Assembly: GCA_030390025.1 (NCBI GenBank)
Contig: CM059432.1
Coordinates: 118,236,001 to 118,300,000, forward strand
DNA length: 64,000 nucleotides
Origin: Squalus acanthias
Lineage: Eukaryota
Reading direction: 5' to 3'
Position numbers and translations under genes: made by a program. Under the pieces are notes generated by a model, which searched no databases, was not told where the DNA came from, and was given only the letters and a program-made list of their open reading frames with translations. This document shows, piece by piece, positions 51,746-64,000 of this stretch (within the stretch, counting starts at the first letter, position 1; every line of letters starts with the position of its first letter).

Positions 51746-52398
51746 AAGCCTTGATGTTTATGTGCGGGCAGGCAGGAAGAGTGCCGGTAGCCCGGTAGCA
51801 GGGATCGAACCCAGCAAGGTCAGGGATGTGGAGGCCCTGACGATCTTAGTGACAGACCCTCACCTGAATAAATATTTGCAAAATCTTGCCCGACACCCGC
51901 CCAGATTGACTACCTGGCCGGCGGATGGCAATGGGAATCTGGTGGCGGGAGGCTGAAGCCGGAGACCCATGAGAGATCATGGGCTGGTCTTGGCTGGGGA
52001 TTCCCAGAGGATTGGCAGGAGGCCGAGGCTGGGGAGGCCGAAGGACTCCGTGCGGGGCCTGGGTAGAGCTCTCCTCCTCCTCCTGGCCCACAAGGAGTAA
52101 AAAGTTTTAAAACTTACCTGGACTTCTTCTGACCAGTCGGCTCCTCTCATCATGTCGCTGCTGCCAGGTAACAGACAGCGTGGGACTGCCCCTGTGTGCA
52201 CCTTAGACTTACATCGTGGTGCCGATGACATCATCGGCCCATGACTTTTGAATCTTAAGGAGGCCCCCATCCAGGACCTGAATCGCTGCCATAAATGTGG
52301 AGGCTTGGAGGCTTGATCTCGATTTTTAGAATTTTAACCCCTCACCTGACTCTTTCCTGCCTGTCGGTGGGGGTGGGTGGGGGTTAAAATCGAGGCCC
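51746..52398. mobile_element. Harbinger-type MITE
   Basis: Right TIR gttaaaatcgaggccc, degenerate left aagccttgatgttt. Confidence 0.55.
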
Positions 52399-52429
52399 AA
52401 ATATCTAAAAAAAAATCATTACAGACTTA

Positions 52430-55017
52430 GGCCAAAATTTTCCGTGGGGTTAGCGGGCGGGATTGGTAGTGGGTCTGGTGGGAAAGTGTTTTTTCCACAG
52501 CGGGTCGGGACCCCACTGTGAACCCGCTGCCATGCGCCTTTCCCAATGTCGGGTCTGTCAACGCTGAGCAGACCCGACACGCAGTGGCGGGGGACCCAAT
52601 TAAAATGATTAGCATCCAGTTGCCAGATGCTTTGCAGCCTTTTTTCACTTACATTTTGTCTTTAACTTCATGACCACAGGATCCCTACAGTGCGCAGACC
52701 ACAGCTGCCAAGCTGAAGTGTGAGTTCAGTAGCCATTGCTCCAGCTTATTACTTGAGAGCTTCAAAAGTACAGTAAAAGCTCCCACCTGACAGATATTCA
52801 CGTTCCTCAGCCACAAGCAGTTTCTCATTCCATTTCCAGCACAGATTCTGCAGGCTTTGCATTTTCCACTCTCCAACCACTCTCACCTCATTGGAAGAAC
52901 TCTCTCACCATTGACAGAATGCCTCTGTCATCTCTACTTCACCTGCCATCTATTCCATCAACATGGGTGCCGTTTATAGTGTCTCACCTTGGTCCTCAGA
53001 ATCTCACCACTATCAGCCCCAACACCAGCAGCCCCAGGCACACAAGCAGCACCTACAACAACACCAACCTTCTCTGCAATCAACTGATGCTGCACAGGAC
53101 AGAGGGAACCAGCACCCGACCACATTGCTGCTCGGGAGGCCAGGGATGGCCTCACCATGGCCACATTTGCTTCACTTGACGCTGAACATCCTGGATGCCA
53201 CATGAGACGCCAGGTTGGCACCACCCCACACCAACACCATAAAGCATCCCTACAATGCTCAAGCCATTCCTTTCATACTCATCACCATTGCAGGGGGGCG
53301 GGTGGGGGTGGGGGGGTGCGCAGGGGATACCGTTGTGTCTCACCATTCACTGCAACTCACAAAGCCACTTCTAAAGGTGCACACAAATCTGTCCAAGAAC
53401 ACAAAGGGCAGAATTTTCACTGACCCGTGGAGGCGGGTTTGGAGGTGTGTGGGGGGTTAAAGTTGCAGATTCAGGGGTCCCGAACCCATCCCGCCCCCAA
53501 CCCGCCTCCATGCCAGTTTCGCTGGAGGCGGGTACCTGACCTGTGCTGGGATCCGCCTCCCCGAGGCGGGAAGGGGATTAGTGGCAATAAACTACCTGTT
53601 AACAGGTAGTTAACAGGTAGTTTTTTGCCTAATCCCTATTTTTATGCCTGAAATGTGGGCTTCCCGACAGGTCCGAACCATACCAAGTTAGCAAGGTGGA
53701 CCGTGGGTCTGCAGGGGTTGCAGGGGTCGATATGTCCGGTGGGCAGGTGAGTGATGAGTGCATATGTGCAGAGGTAAGTGTGTAAGGTAAGTGTAAAGTG
53801 TGGAAAAAAGTTTTACTTACCTTAACTTCCTCCTGCAGGTGTCAGCCCTTCAGATCTCGGGAGTCAGAAATCTCATTGGCACAGAAAACAGAATGGCCAT
53901 TGAGCTGTCAAAAGCTGCAGCCTCTGTTTTCTGTGCTGGATTGATTTCTAACTCAGCCTGAGAGGAAGGACTCAAGTTGATATTTCATCTGTCAAAAGCT
54001 CTTGACAGATGAAATGTCAATCTGTGACGTCACCTATTGCCAGGTGGCCCTTAATTGGCCTGCTGAGCCCACTGGGCGGGCTCAACAAGGTCAATCAAGC
54101 GAAAATACAGTGGGTTGGCCACAAGTCGATGGAGGCAGGCCTACAACCGAAAAAGTGGGAGTCCCGCCTCCATCACGTCCCCAGTATCAAAATCCAGCCC
54201 AAAGTGTTGACAATAAAGGTTTCAATGTTTGACAGCACATTAACAGAAACTTCACATGAACATTGCATAAAACACCCAAGTGCCTACCCTTGTGTGTTGT
54301 TAGTTGGTATGATTGGACTCGGATGAGGGTAAGTGTGAGGGGTGGCTAGTGAGATGGAGATGTGATAATATAGATAGAGAGGGATGGGTGGAGGTGCAAG
54401 GTAAGTTGGTGTGAGTAAGGATGTGCAGGAGTAGGGTAGGGAAGGCAGAATGATGGGGATGTGATGAGAGGCACAGCAGGATGAGTTTGGGTGTGGCTTT
54501 GAACTAATGTTTTGTGATCTAGTGAGATCATTGAAAGGATTGCGGCACTGCACCCAGGTCCTCCTGACCACATCCCTGCTTGTGTCCTCCTCTGCAATGT
54601 GCAACCAGGCTGTGTTGATCTCCATGGGGGGTCTCTTCTGCCCATGGGAAGGGAAGAGGACCTCCCTGCGTGCTACAACTCCCTCCATAAGCATATGGAG
54701 GGATGGAGGGAGTTATGGGAGAGCCTGGGTGCAGCCCTGTGCCTTTGTGCAGTGACTGTCAGTGTTTGCAGCACCTCAATGCTGTAGAACACTGACAGCA
54801 CAAATGTCAAGACAAATGTGGCCATGGTCCCTTTAAGGAAACCGGCTGATTACGCATCATGAAATGATGTCACCAGACCCGCTTCCTCTAATTGGCTGAG
54901 TAACGCGCTGGGTGGGCTTAACAAGCCCTATCGGCGGAAGGTCATTTTACACAGCGGGATGGAGCCAGCACCGACATCACTTGCCACAAACCCGCCGAGG
55001 TAAGTAAAATCACAGCC
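52430..55017. mobile_element. Internally deleted Harbinger: transposase N-terminus (+, from 52963) and Myb/SANT exon (-, ~54520-54740)
   Basis: MGAVYS...Q/H-rich start like 16874; EGVVARREVLFP...AWLHIAEE...RTWVQCRNPFNDL is a Myb/SANT-like domain; ends ggccaaaatttt / aaaatcacagcc. Confidence 0.7.
53406..54200. mobile_element. Harbinger-type non-autonomous element nested in the previous one
   Basis: gggcagaatttt ... aaaatccagccc; TSD aaa/aaa; second copy at 61105-61855. Confidence 0.85.
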
Positions 55018-55024
55018 TACAATT

Positions 55025-55370
55025 TACAACAACAACATCAACTTGTATTTATATAGAACCTTTAACATAGTAAAATGTCCCAAGGCGCTTCACAGGAGCG
55101 TTATAAAACAAAATTTGACACATATTGGGGCAGATGACCAAAAGTTTGGTCAAAGAGGTAGGTTTTAAGGAGCGGTCTTAAAGGAGGAAACATAAGAACA
55201 TAAGAAATAGGAGCAGGAGTAGGCCATTCGTTCCTTCACGTGTGCTCTGTTATTCAATAAGATCATGGCTGATCTTCGACCTCGATTCCCCCTTCCCACA
55301 TTAAAGCGAGGTAGAGAGGAGGAGAGCTTTAGGGCAGGAATTCGAGAGCTTGGGGCCGAGGCAGCTGAAT
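55025..55370 (-). mobile_element. L2 3' end with a CR1 tail inserted (~55189-55300)
   Basis: acaacaac...cccaaggcgcttcacagg...gaggtaggttttaagg; cataagaacataagaaataggagcagg. Confidence 0.75.
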
Positions 55371-56129
55371 TTAAATGAAAAAAAATGGTGACTGCAGACC
55401 TTCAGCCCAACCTGTTCGCTCTACTGGTGATGACGCTCTCGAAAGGCCATTCATTGCTCCCTGAGTCAGCAAGAGTAGTGGCATTTCAAATAATATCTGA
55501 GTCTTTAATGAGCTGCAACAAATGAATGTTTTCACTGGCAGAGTCAAGCCATTCCCCAGCTAAATACACTAAAAGCCCAGCTTAGCTGAGACTAGCACTT
55601 CTGGGCATTAAGCAACAAACACCCAATGAGTAATGATTATAGGGAGTGCCTCAAATTCTGGAGTTTAATGTTTAGTCGCATTAATTCGTGGATAGTGTAA
55701 CGCCCCAGGAGAAAGCTATGGTTATAATAAAAGGTTACCGCAATTATTGTTTTTGAACACGCCAGCAGGTTAAAATATATTTAAATAAAATGTTAATGGC
55801 AACTAACGAGGAAGCAGAGGTTCTAAAGCCCCACAAATTTCCACCAGAGTCAGGCAATCGATCCTGGAGGATTTCCTTTCAAATGTGGACTGGCTCTAGT
55901 GCGAGCTGAAGAGCTTTCAAAAAAACTTCATCACGTTGCATAATAAGCCTCCAACTCCAAATGTACAAAAGCATTCTCACCACTTTTGATTCGTGACATT
56001 GTTTAGTACATTTCTTTTTAAAACTAAGCATTACATTTAAAATCACATGGAAATTTAGCAATTAGGTTGATTAGATTTCGCTTTTTACAAGTCATCCCAG
56101 TCAGGGTGTAAAACGGGCGCAGCAATGGT

Positions 56130-58311
56130 CAATTTCAGAGATCGAAGTAACAGGGCGCTAATGAAGTAACGCTGGGGTGAGGTGAAGCCAGTGCCACACG
56201 TCAAATCCAGTTGCCCCTTAGTGCCACCGCTAACAGTTAGCACCTGGGACTTTAGCGCCAGGCAGATCGTGACGTCACTGAGCGTGCAATGCTCACTGAG
56301 CGCCCAATCTGCCAAATTGATTATCGCCCCCTGGCTTAGCGCCTCGCCCCGGCAATGATAGGAAGAGGAGGTGTGAAGCAGGCAGATGGCGGCTCAAGGG
56401 GCAATATTTAAAGGGATAAGTCGCAGCTGACAGGTTAGTGCTGTTTCACTGTTTCCTTGTCAGTTTGCGATTGTGCAAGAATTTAATTCAGTCATTTAAA
56501 GGTTCTTTAGTATCAGGAGTGTTGTGGCTACTAAAAATTTGTTACATTTATTCTGACAAAATTTCAAAGTGCTACACATCGTTCCATTAATGGGAGCTGT
56601 GCTGGCGGTCGACCTTGCCCTCCAGGATCTACTGCAGAGGGAGCGGAGGCAGTGAGAAAGATTGCAAGATATGGCTAGTGTGAGGAGGAGGGCCATCAAG
56701 GCTCTCAACAGGAGGCCTTACCCTCCGAGAATATTCTGACAGCACTTCTCCTACCTCCAATTAAGTGAGCAGCAGTGCATTAGAGGGCTCCGCTTCACCA
56801 AGGAGGTGGTCACAGACGTCTGCCACCTCGAGCCTCAGATCAGGTCGACCATGGCTCTCTCAGTGGCAGTCAAGGTCACCGTCCCCCTCAGTTTCTTCGC
56901 CAGCTAACATCTCACAGTTCGCCATCCATTGCTGCATCCGAGAGGTCACAGAGGCTCTTTACAGTCGGAGAAGGGATTACATTTCCTTCCTCATCACCAG
57001 AGAGAAGCAGGACAAGTGTGCATGTGGCTTTGCCAGGATAGCGGGATTCCCCATGGTGCAGGGCCCCATTGACTGCACCCACATGGCTTTGCGGGCACCG
57101 CATAACAATCCTGAGATCTTCCGTAACGGCAAAGGCTACCACTCACTTAATGTGCAGTTGGTGTGCGACCACAGACAGCGAATCCTCAGTGTGAATGCCT
57201 TCATCCTGCGCCAGACCAGTGTGCCAGCACTCTTCCAGCCGTCATATCAAGCTCGCGGCTGGCTAGTCAGAGACAAGGGGCTATCTGCTCTCCACCTGGC
57301 TCATGACTCACCTTCGCAACCCCAACACTCCTGCTCAGCACTCACATCATGAGAGCCATGCTGCCACCTAGAACATCATCGAGCAGACCATCGGGCTGCT
57401 AAAGCAACGGTTCCACTGCCTTGACCGCTCGGGAGGAGCCCTCCAGTACTCGCCGGAGCAGGTGTCCCAATTTGTGGTGGTCTGCTGCATGCTCCACAAC
57501 TTGGCCATCATGAGGGCTCAGCCCTTGCCACCAGGGATTGCAGGACCACCTCAGAAGGAGGAATAGGGAGAGGAGGAGGAGGATGAGGACAAGGGGGAAG
57601 AGGAAGATGAGGAGGAGGAGGAACAGGAGTGAGGGAGGAGGCAGCCACTCAATTGGCCTTCTGGAAGGGCTGCCTCGTCAGACTGCGGTTCCAATAAATT
57701 AAACCCCAGATCCCCATTGCTCATCACATCCCTATCATTCCATCCCTGTCGCAGGCCGCATCACAGTGCAAAGCTGAAATGAGAGACCTGCTGGGCTACC
57801 TCCCTCCACATGGCGCGGAATACTTGCGGCGAGGGCCTCCTACCACTTGCTGGGTACAGCACGGCTCTCTGTCTCTCCACAGTGAAGACCAACGCCTCCA
57901 ATGCTTGGTCGCAGAATCTGCGAGCTCTGTCCCTGGGCCGTTGATCTGCCATAATGACACCTCCTTCAGTGGTTTGGTTCCTTCTCCTTGGCCTTCTGCT
58001 GCTTGCTGAGACAGCTGAAGAACCAGCAATGCTGAGAATGATGTTCTGCAGCATCAATGTACCTCCCCTTTAAGAACTTGAACGAGCCTGTGGCAATGAT
58101 GACTTGCGATTAGACTGCACCTGAAATTGCTTAGCGCTTTGAGTCTAACGCCACTGAGCTAGGCCATTAGCGTTTGATTTAGCGCTCCCATCCTTTCTTT
58201 GAGCGATGACACTGAATTTTGCGTGCAGCGAGGTTCATTAGCGCCTGGCACTAAATCTCAAACTTTTCTGAAGTTAGTGCCCATTCCTGGGCAATAATGA
58301 ATTTCGCCCCC
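56130..58311. mobile_element. Harbinger with decayed transposase (+, 56590-57697) and convergent Myb exon (-, 57786-57952)
   Basis: [54 protein letters not shown]...MWREVAQQV; right TIR aatttcgccccc then tta; left end uncertain. Confidence 0.85.
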
Positions 58312-58599
58312 TTACCTTTTTGGTGGTGGCCTCTTGTTAGACCAATCCAAGACAGGAAATCTCTTGCCTCTCAGGCAGCACAATTTCAGGAAGGGGGGTC
58401 CTAAAACAGGCCCCTCATTAACACATGTTAGGGCCCAACACCTGTCTTCACTGGCCATCAGGGAAATCGCCCAACCCAATATAGGCTCAGACGTATTTCA
58501 GGCGTCTTTGGAACACAGGACTTAGCCCCACGAAATTGATCCTTTTGTCCCATTTTCCAGACGGAAAACAGGTGCAACAAGGATTAATTTTAACCCCTA

Positions 58600-58760
58600 G
58601 ATTTACTGCTTTTGGAGCACCAGCTTATCGAAGCAAAGTTTCCAGTGGTTAGTAGTGACAATAATCTTAGCAATTGATGGCCTACAATGCAAAATGGAAG
58701 TCGTTTGTACACTGGTGCCAAAACTATTACTGCAACCCTTTGGGGTATGACATTTGTCGT
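58600..58760 (+). pseudogene. Possible DIRS-like tyrosine recombinase N-terminal remnant
   Basis: VVTIILA...AYNAKWKSFVHWC....NP resembles the Y..KW..F..WC motif. Confidence 0.35.
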
Positions 58761-59049
58761 GATTTTGTCTTAGTTACAAATACTGATAGACCAATCACTC
58801 TGTCTCAGATCACTGAGAGCTCATGTTGGAGCAATTTTTGTTTACTGGCTCTCTGGAGTGAGAATGGCATGGCATAATGTCTGGTTTATGAAAGGATCCT
58901 CGAAAGTTAAATATTTCATTTGACAGTAAAATCCCACCTGGCTTCTGAATCTAGTTCTGATCAAACTAATATCATAACTATTTAAACACTTGAGGTAGTG
59001 TGACATCAAATTTCTTGCACATAAACTGTTATTTTATTGGCTTTTCTTT

Positions 59050-59510
59050 CAACAGTTTACACGACTGAAGAAGGGCATTTGGCCCATCATGTATGTGCTG
59101 GCTCTTTATTAGAGCGACTCAAAACTAATCCCACCTCCCTATTTCCTCCTCAAAGTTTTGTATCTTTCTCTTCTTCAAATATTTATCTGGTCTTCCCTTC
59201 AAAGATACAATGGTCTCTGCCTCAACTGCTCGCTGTGGCCAACCATTCCAAGTTCCAAAAATCTTCTGAGTACAGAAACATCTCCTAATCACCTCCTCAT
59301 TCTCTTGGTGACAATTCTAAATTGATGATCACTCGTCACTGACTCCCCAAACAGAGGAAATAGTCTTTCCCTCTTCACCCTATCAAAACCTTTCATGATC
59401 GAAAAAAAAATCCTCTATTCAATCTCCTATTTGCCTTCATTGTTTCAGAGCTGCTAGCTCAGGTTTCTGCTCATAACTGTTGTTTCACACCTCCGGCATC
59501 ATTCCTATGA
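59050..59510 (-). mobile_element. Degenerate CR1 3' fragment
   Basis: gggcatttggcccatc tail, accctatcaaaacctttcatgat. Confidence 0.6.
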
Positions 59511-59527
59511 ATCGCAATACAGTCTAT

Positions 59528-59700
59528 GGCTGGGTCAAAATCTTGGTACTCTCTCCCTAACTGCACTGTGGGAGTATCTTCCCCACACGTACTGCAGCGG
59601 TTCAGGAAGGCGGCTCACTACCACCTTCTCAAGTGCAATTAAGGATGGGCAATAAATGCTGGCCTTGCCAGCGATGCCCACTTCCCATGAATGAAAAAAT
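59528..59700 (+). mobile_element. 3' tail fragment of the tRNA-headed LINE family (shorter ones at ~22620-22690 and ~60510-60557)
   Basis: gatgggcaataaatgctggccttgccagcgatgcccac. Confidence 0.85.
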
Positions 59701-59738
59701 GATACCAAAACAAAACAAATTAATGAAGTACACTTTAC

Positions 59739-60408
59739 GGGCTGGATTTTCATTGACCCGCGGAGGTGGGTTTGGAGGCGTGTGGGGGGTTAAAATTGCA
59801 AAAACTGGTGGGCGGGCACAAGCCCGCCTCCACGCAATTTTCATTAAATCGTGTCTGTTGGTCCCGCCTCCATCCCGCCTCTTAGAGGCGGGATAGACTG
59901 CTAAGGCCCTTAACAAGCACTAAATTGCCTCTATAATGCCATTTTGAAAGGCTTTTGTGATTTTAACCCTTTTTCTACATGAAGCACGCCTGTTCTGAAC
60001 CACGACTGTGAAACCTGGCTGGAGCACATTTGGATAGGGCAGGCTGGCTGTCTGGCTGGCTGTGGGGATGCATATATCGATGGCTATGTGGAGGAGACAT
60101 ATCTGGGAGCAGTGGTGTAAAAATATCTGGGAGCAGACTTAGGGCTGCTGCTCATTTTGCATCCAGGTCCTCTCACAGCAAAGGTCAGGCAGTCTTTGCA
60201 GACCTTCAATGCAGCAGCAATGATGACATCATCAGAGGTGACTTTCAGACTGAAATAACTTATTGGTTCATGGGTTCCCACATGCTGGAACTCAATTGCC
60301 CAATTAGGTGAAAATTGCATCAATCTCCCACATCCAATTGCAGTCGGGTGGATAACATGAAAAGTGGATGACACGACCCCAACCCTCCCCAGTATCAAAA
60401 TCCAGCCC
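59739..60408. mobile_element. Harbinger-type MITE
   Basis: Perfect 12-bp TIR gggctggatttt / aaaatccagccc; TSD tac/tac. Confidence 0.9.
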
Positions 60409-60559
60409 TACATATCTTGCAGAGACAGAATCCAAAATAATGAATGTATGATATGTAAGAAAGTAAGTGAATAGATGTCCTTGTTTGTTGGATGCATAGC
60501 ACACAACATGTGGGCCTTGCCAGCGACGCCCACATCCGATGAATGAATAAAAAAAATGT

Positions 60560-61100
60560 CCTTTCTATAATGGAATATCCAAAACTACACACAATACTTT
60601 CACCACGGCCTTAGCATTGACTTGCAAAACATCATCATTACTTCTTTACTCTTTTACTCTACAGATCTATTACTAAAACCCAGAATGCAGTTGGCCTTTT
60701 CTATTACTTTGTCTTACCTGCGCTCACACTTTCAGGGAGTTATGTGTTTGAACTCCTCAAACTCTGTTCATCCATTATCTTCAGCATCCTTCCATTGACT
60801 GTATACTCCCATTCTTTGTTTTTCCACCTAAAATATATTAACTCACAATTCTGAACATTAAATTCCATCTGCCACCTGGCTACTCATTCTGATAACCTAT
60901 TATCCTCTTTCAGTCTTCGAGAGTTGCTGTTTACCGCAGCCTTTACTTCCTTTTCTTCAGAAAATTTCAATATTGTTCTCCCTATGCACAAGTCCAAATC
61001 ACCTCCATGTACCAAGAACAAAAGTGCGCCCAGCACTGACCACTGGAGTACACCACTTTCAATCCTTTTACAATCTGAGCAACACCCATTAACCCTAACC
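60560..61100 (-). mobile_element. Old CR1 RT fragment
   Basis: Reverse strand ggtgtactccagtggtcagtgctggg (GV.Q.SVLG), tggcagatggaatttaat (WQMEFN). Confidence 0.7.
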
Positions 61101-61104
61101 CTTT

Positions 61105-61855
61105 GGCTGGATTTTCAATGACCCGTGGAGTCAGGTTTGGAGTCGGGGGGGGGGGTGTTAAAGTTGCAGATTCGGAGGTCCCGACCCCAACCCGCCTCCA
61201 TGCCAGTTTCTCTGGCAGTGGGTACCCGACCTGGTCTGAGACCCGACTCCCCGAGGCGGGAAGGGATTAGTGACAATTAACTGCCTGTTAACAGGTAGTT
61301 AACAGGCAGTTTTTTGCATAACCCCTATTTTAAAAAGAAAACTGTGGGCTTCCCGACAGTTGGCAACCACTCCAAGTTATCGGGTCGGGCCGTGGGTCTG
61401 CAGTGGTTGGAGGGGTCGATATGTCCGGTGGGCAGGTGAGTGATGGGTGCATGTGTGCAGAGGTAAGTGTGTAAGGTAAGTGCTAAGTGTTGAAAAAAGT
61501 TTTCCTTACCTTAACTTCCTCCTGCAGGTGTCAGCCCGTCAGTTCTTGGGAGTTAGAAATCTCACCGGCACAGAAAGCAGGAAAGCCGTGGTTCTGTCAA
61601 AAACAGCAGCCTTCTGTTTTCTGTGCTGGAATGATTTCTAACTCAGCCTGAAAGGAAGGACTGAAGTTAGAAATCATATTGTGAGTGTTTGACAGCTTCA
61701 CAGAGCTGTCAAACGCTGATATTTCATCTGTCAAAAGCTCTTGACAGATGAAATGTCAGTCTGTGACGTCACCTGTTGCCGGGTGGCCCCTAATTGGCCT
61801 GCTGAACCCACTGGGCGGGCTCAACAAGGTCAATCAAGGGAAAATACAGTGGGTT
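61105..61855. mobile_element. Second copy of the 53406-54200 element, right end replaced by a hammerhead repeat
   Basis: Colinear with 53406-54117. Confidence 0.88.
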
Positions 61856-61985
61856 GACGAAAGGTCATCAACCTGAAACGTTAACTCTGTTTCTCTCCTC
61901 ACAGATGCTGCCTGACCTGCTGCGTATCTCCAGCATTTTCTGTTTTTATTTCAGATTTCCAGCATCTGCAGTATTTTCTTTTTGC
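61855..61985 (+). mobile_element. Short Penelope-derived repeat starting inside the hammerhead core
   Basis: tgacga aaggt catca acct gaaacgtt aactctg... Confidence 0.8.
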
Positions 61986-62309
61986 CTATTACATATCTGT
62001 TTTGAGTGGTTTTGATTAGCCCATGCATTTTTAAATGCTCATTCATTTTATCCTGGATAATGGACACCAAAACTGCACACGCTCAGGATTCAGCCTGAGT
62101 GAGGAGCTGGGGAGGGGGATGGAATTGGGGCGGCTCGAATGCTCGGTTTTTGACAGGGGAATCAAGGGAGGTGGCTGAGTAGTAGAGTTGAGTGTTGTTA
62201 GCATATATATATGGAAGCTGACCTTGTGTCTATGGGTGATGTCACTGAGAGGTAGCATGTAGGAGGGACCAATGATGGAAAACTTGTGGCATTCCCCAAA
62301 TTCCCAAAT

Positions 62310-62686
62310 TGAAACATACAAAATTCTTACAGGGCTTGACAGGGTAGATGCAGGGAGGATGTTGCCCCTGGCTGGGGAGTCTAGAACCAGGGGTCACAGT
62401 CTCAGAATTAGGGGTCAGCCATTTAGGACTGAGCTGAGGAGAAATTTCTTCTCTCAGAGGGTGGTGAATCTATGGAATTCTCTACCCCAGAGGGCTCTGG
62501 AGGCTCAGTCATTGAGTATATTCAAGACAGAGATCGATAGATTTTTGGATATTAAGGAATCAAGGGATATGGGATAGTGCAGGAAAGTGGAGATGAGGTG
62601 GAAGATCAGCCATGATCTTATTGAATGGCGGAGCAGGCTCGAAAGGCTAAATGGCCTACTCCGGCTCCTATTTCTTATGTTCTTAT
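62310..62686 (+). mobile_element. HER1-type CR1 3' fragment
   Basis: IETYKIL...QRVVNLWNSLP; tail ttcttatgttcttatg. Confidence 0.92.
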
Positions 62687-64000
62687 GACCATAAAGGGGT
62701 GGGAGGGGTAGCCATTAAAAGAGTTAAGCTGGCTGCATTGGGACAGGTAGCAGTGTAACCAAGAGAGATGCACTATGTAGGAGAGATGGTAAAGGAAGAT
62801 GCGGTGGTCGACTGTGTTAAACACCATGGAGAAATCAAGGAGCAAAAATGGGGTATACAGCGCAATGGTCACAGTCAGAGAAGTTTTCATTGGTGACTTT
62901 GATCAAAAAATCTCAGTGCTGTGGGCAAGGTGGAAACTGCATTGAAGGGATTGAAACAGGGAGTGATGAGGTGAGTGCAGAGCTGGCTGGAAATGAAGTG
63001 CTTGAAGACTTTAGAGAGGAAATGGAGGTTAGCGATAAGATGGTAATTATAGAGGACAGCGGGTTCTTGGATAGGCTTTTTTGAGGAGGGGAGTAATGAC
63101 AGCATTTTTGAAAGACTAGGAAGAAACATCGAAAGAAAGGGAGGCATTTACAATGTCAGTAGTATTGTGTAAAAGAAAGATAATTATGCGCTCAAGAGTT
63201 TGGTTGGGTTGAGTTGAGGATGCAGGAGATGGATCTCATGGGTGAGGAGGAACCTAATGAGGGCTAGGGAGAGATGGGGGAGAAGCTACAGAATGATAGA
63301 AGTTGGTGCTACGATAAGAAAAAAGCTGGGAATTTGGGGATTAGGGGAGGAGGAGTTTGAGACACCTGCCAATATAATCTTAAATTTAAAGATGGAAAAA
63401 ATCCATGAGCTCCTCACCCTTGGCATTGGAGCTAAGGATGGAGGAAGTGGAGGAAAATGCTTGGAGGAGGCAGTTTGTCAAGAAGAGGACTTTGGATTCT
63501 TCTTATCCAACAGGATAATCTTGGAGTAGTGGAATATATGTTTGCAGATAAGGAGAGGCAATATATTTTATGAAGGTTCAGACAGATCTGGCGGTGAATG
63601 GCCAGGCCACTTATACAGCAACTGCAAAGGATGCAGAGGTTGAAATTGTATTGGGGAAACAGCAGAGGCAGGAGATGGTAAGTGACTTGCTGGGATTAAT
63701 GGCTTTGAAAGCAGAAGCAGTGGAACTGTTGAACAGCTCAACAGGGGCAGCAATGTTGTGGAAGGTGGAGGGTCAGAGATGGCCATATCAATGGTCAAAA
63801 CCTTGGAGATGGTAATGCCTCAGGTCACGGTGAGGTCAAGGAGGTGCCTGTGAATGTGGGTGAGGGAGTTGATGTGTAGAATGAGGTTGAGTGAGAACAT
63901 GAAATCAAACATGAGGGGCCAAGGAGCATTCAAATGAAGTTTGAAAGCACTGAGGACCAGTGCAAAAGAGAAACAAAGATTTTGGCTGGGAATTTCCTGA
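62687..64000 (-). mobile_element. Old L2 LINE fragments (also ~62060-62290)
   Basis: LLDFSMVFNTVDH, NYHLIANLHFLSKV on the minus strand. Confidence 0.7.

Overview
Repeat-dense vertebrate genomic DNA. The repeat repertoire (HE1-like V-SINE, Deu-domain SINEs, HER1/CR1 LINEs, L2, Penelope, many Harbingers) points to a cartilaginous fish; this is an inference from repeat families only. No host protein-coding exon could be identified, so the window looks intronic or intergenic. It contains: a young Penelope-like retroelement with inverted pseudo-LTRs and hammerhead motifs; a family of short hammerhead-bearing repeats; two ~1.6-1.7 kb solo LTRs in opposite orientation; at least four Harbinger/PIF transposase or Myb-gene remnants plus many MITEs; many CR1 and L2 fragments; and a 26-bp minisatellite. 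The most unusual object is at 26802-30274. It is an APE-RT LINE that inserted as one unit with a tRNA-derived (A box/B box) head, has no ORF1, and has no TTTT run on its sense strand. Together these suggest a protein-coding retrotransposon transcribed by RNA polymerase III. All coordinates were read by eye; boundaries of degraded repeats are approximate.
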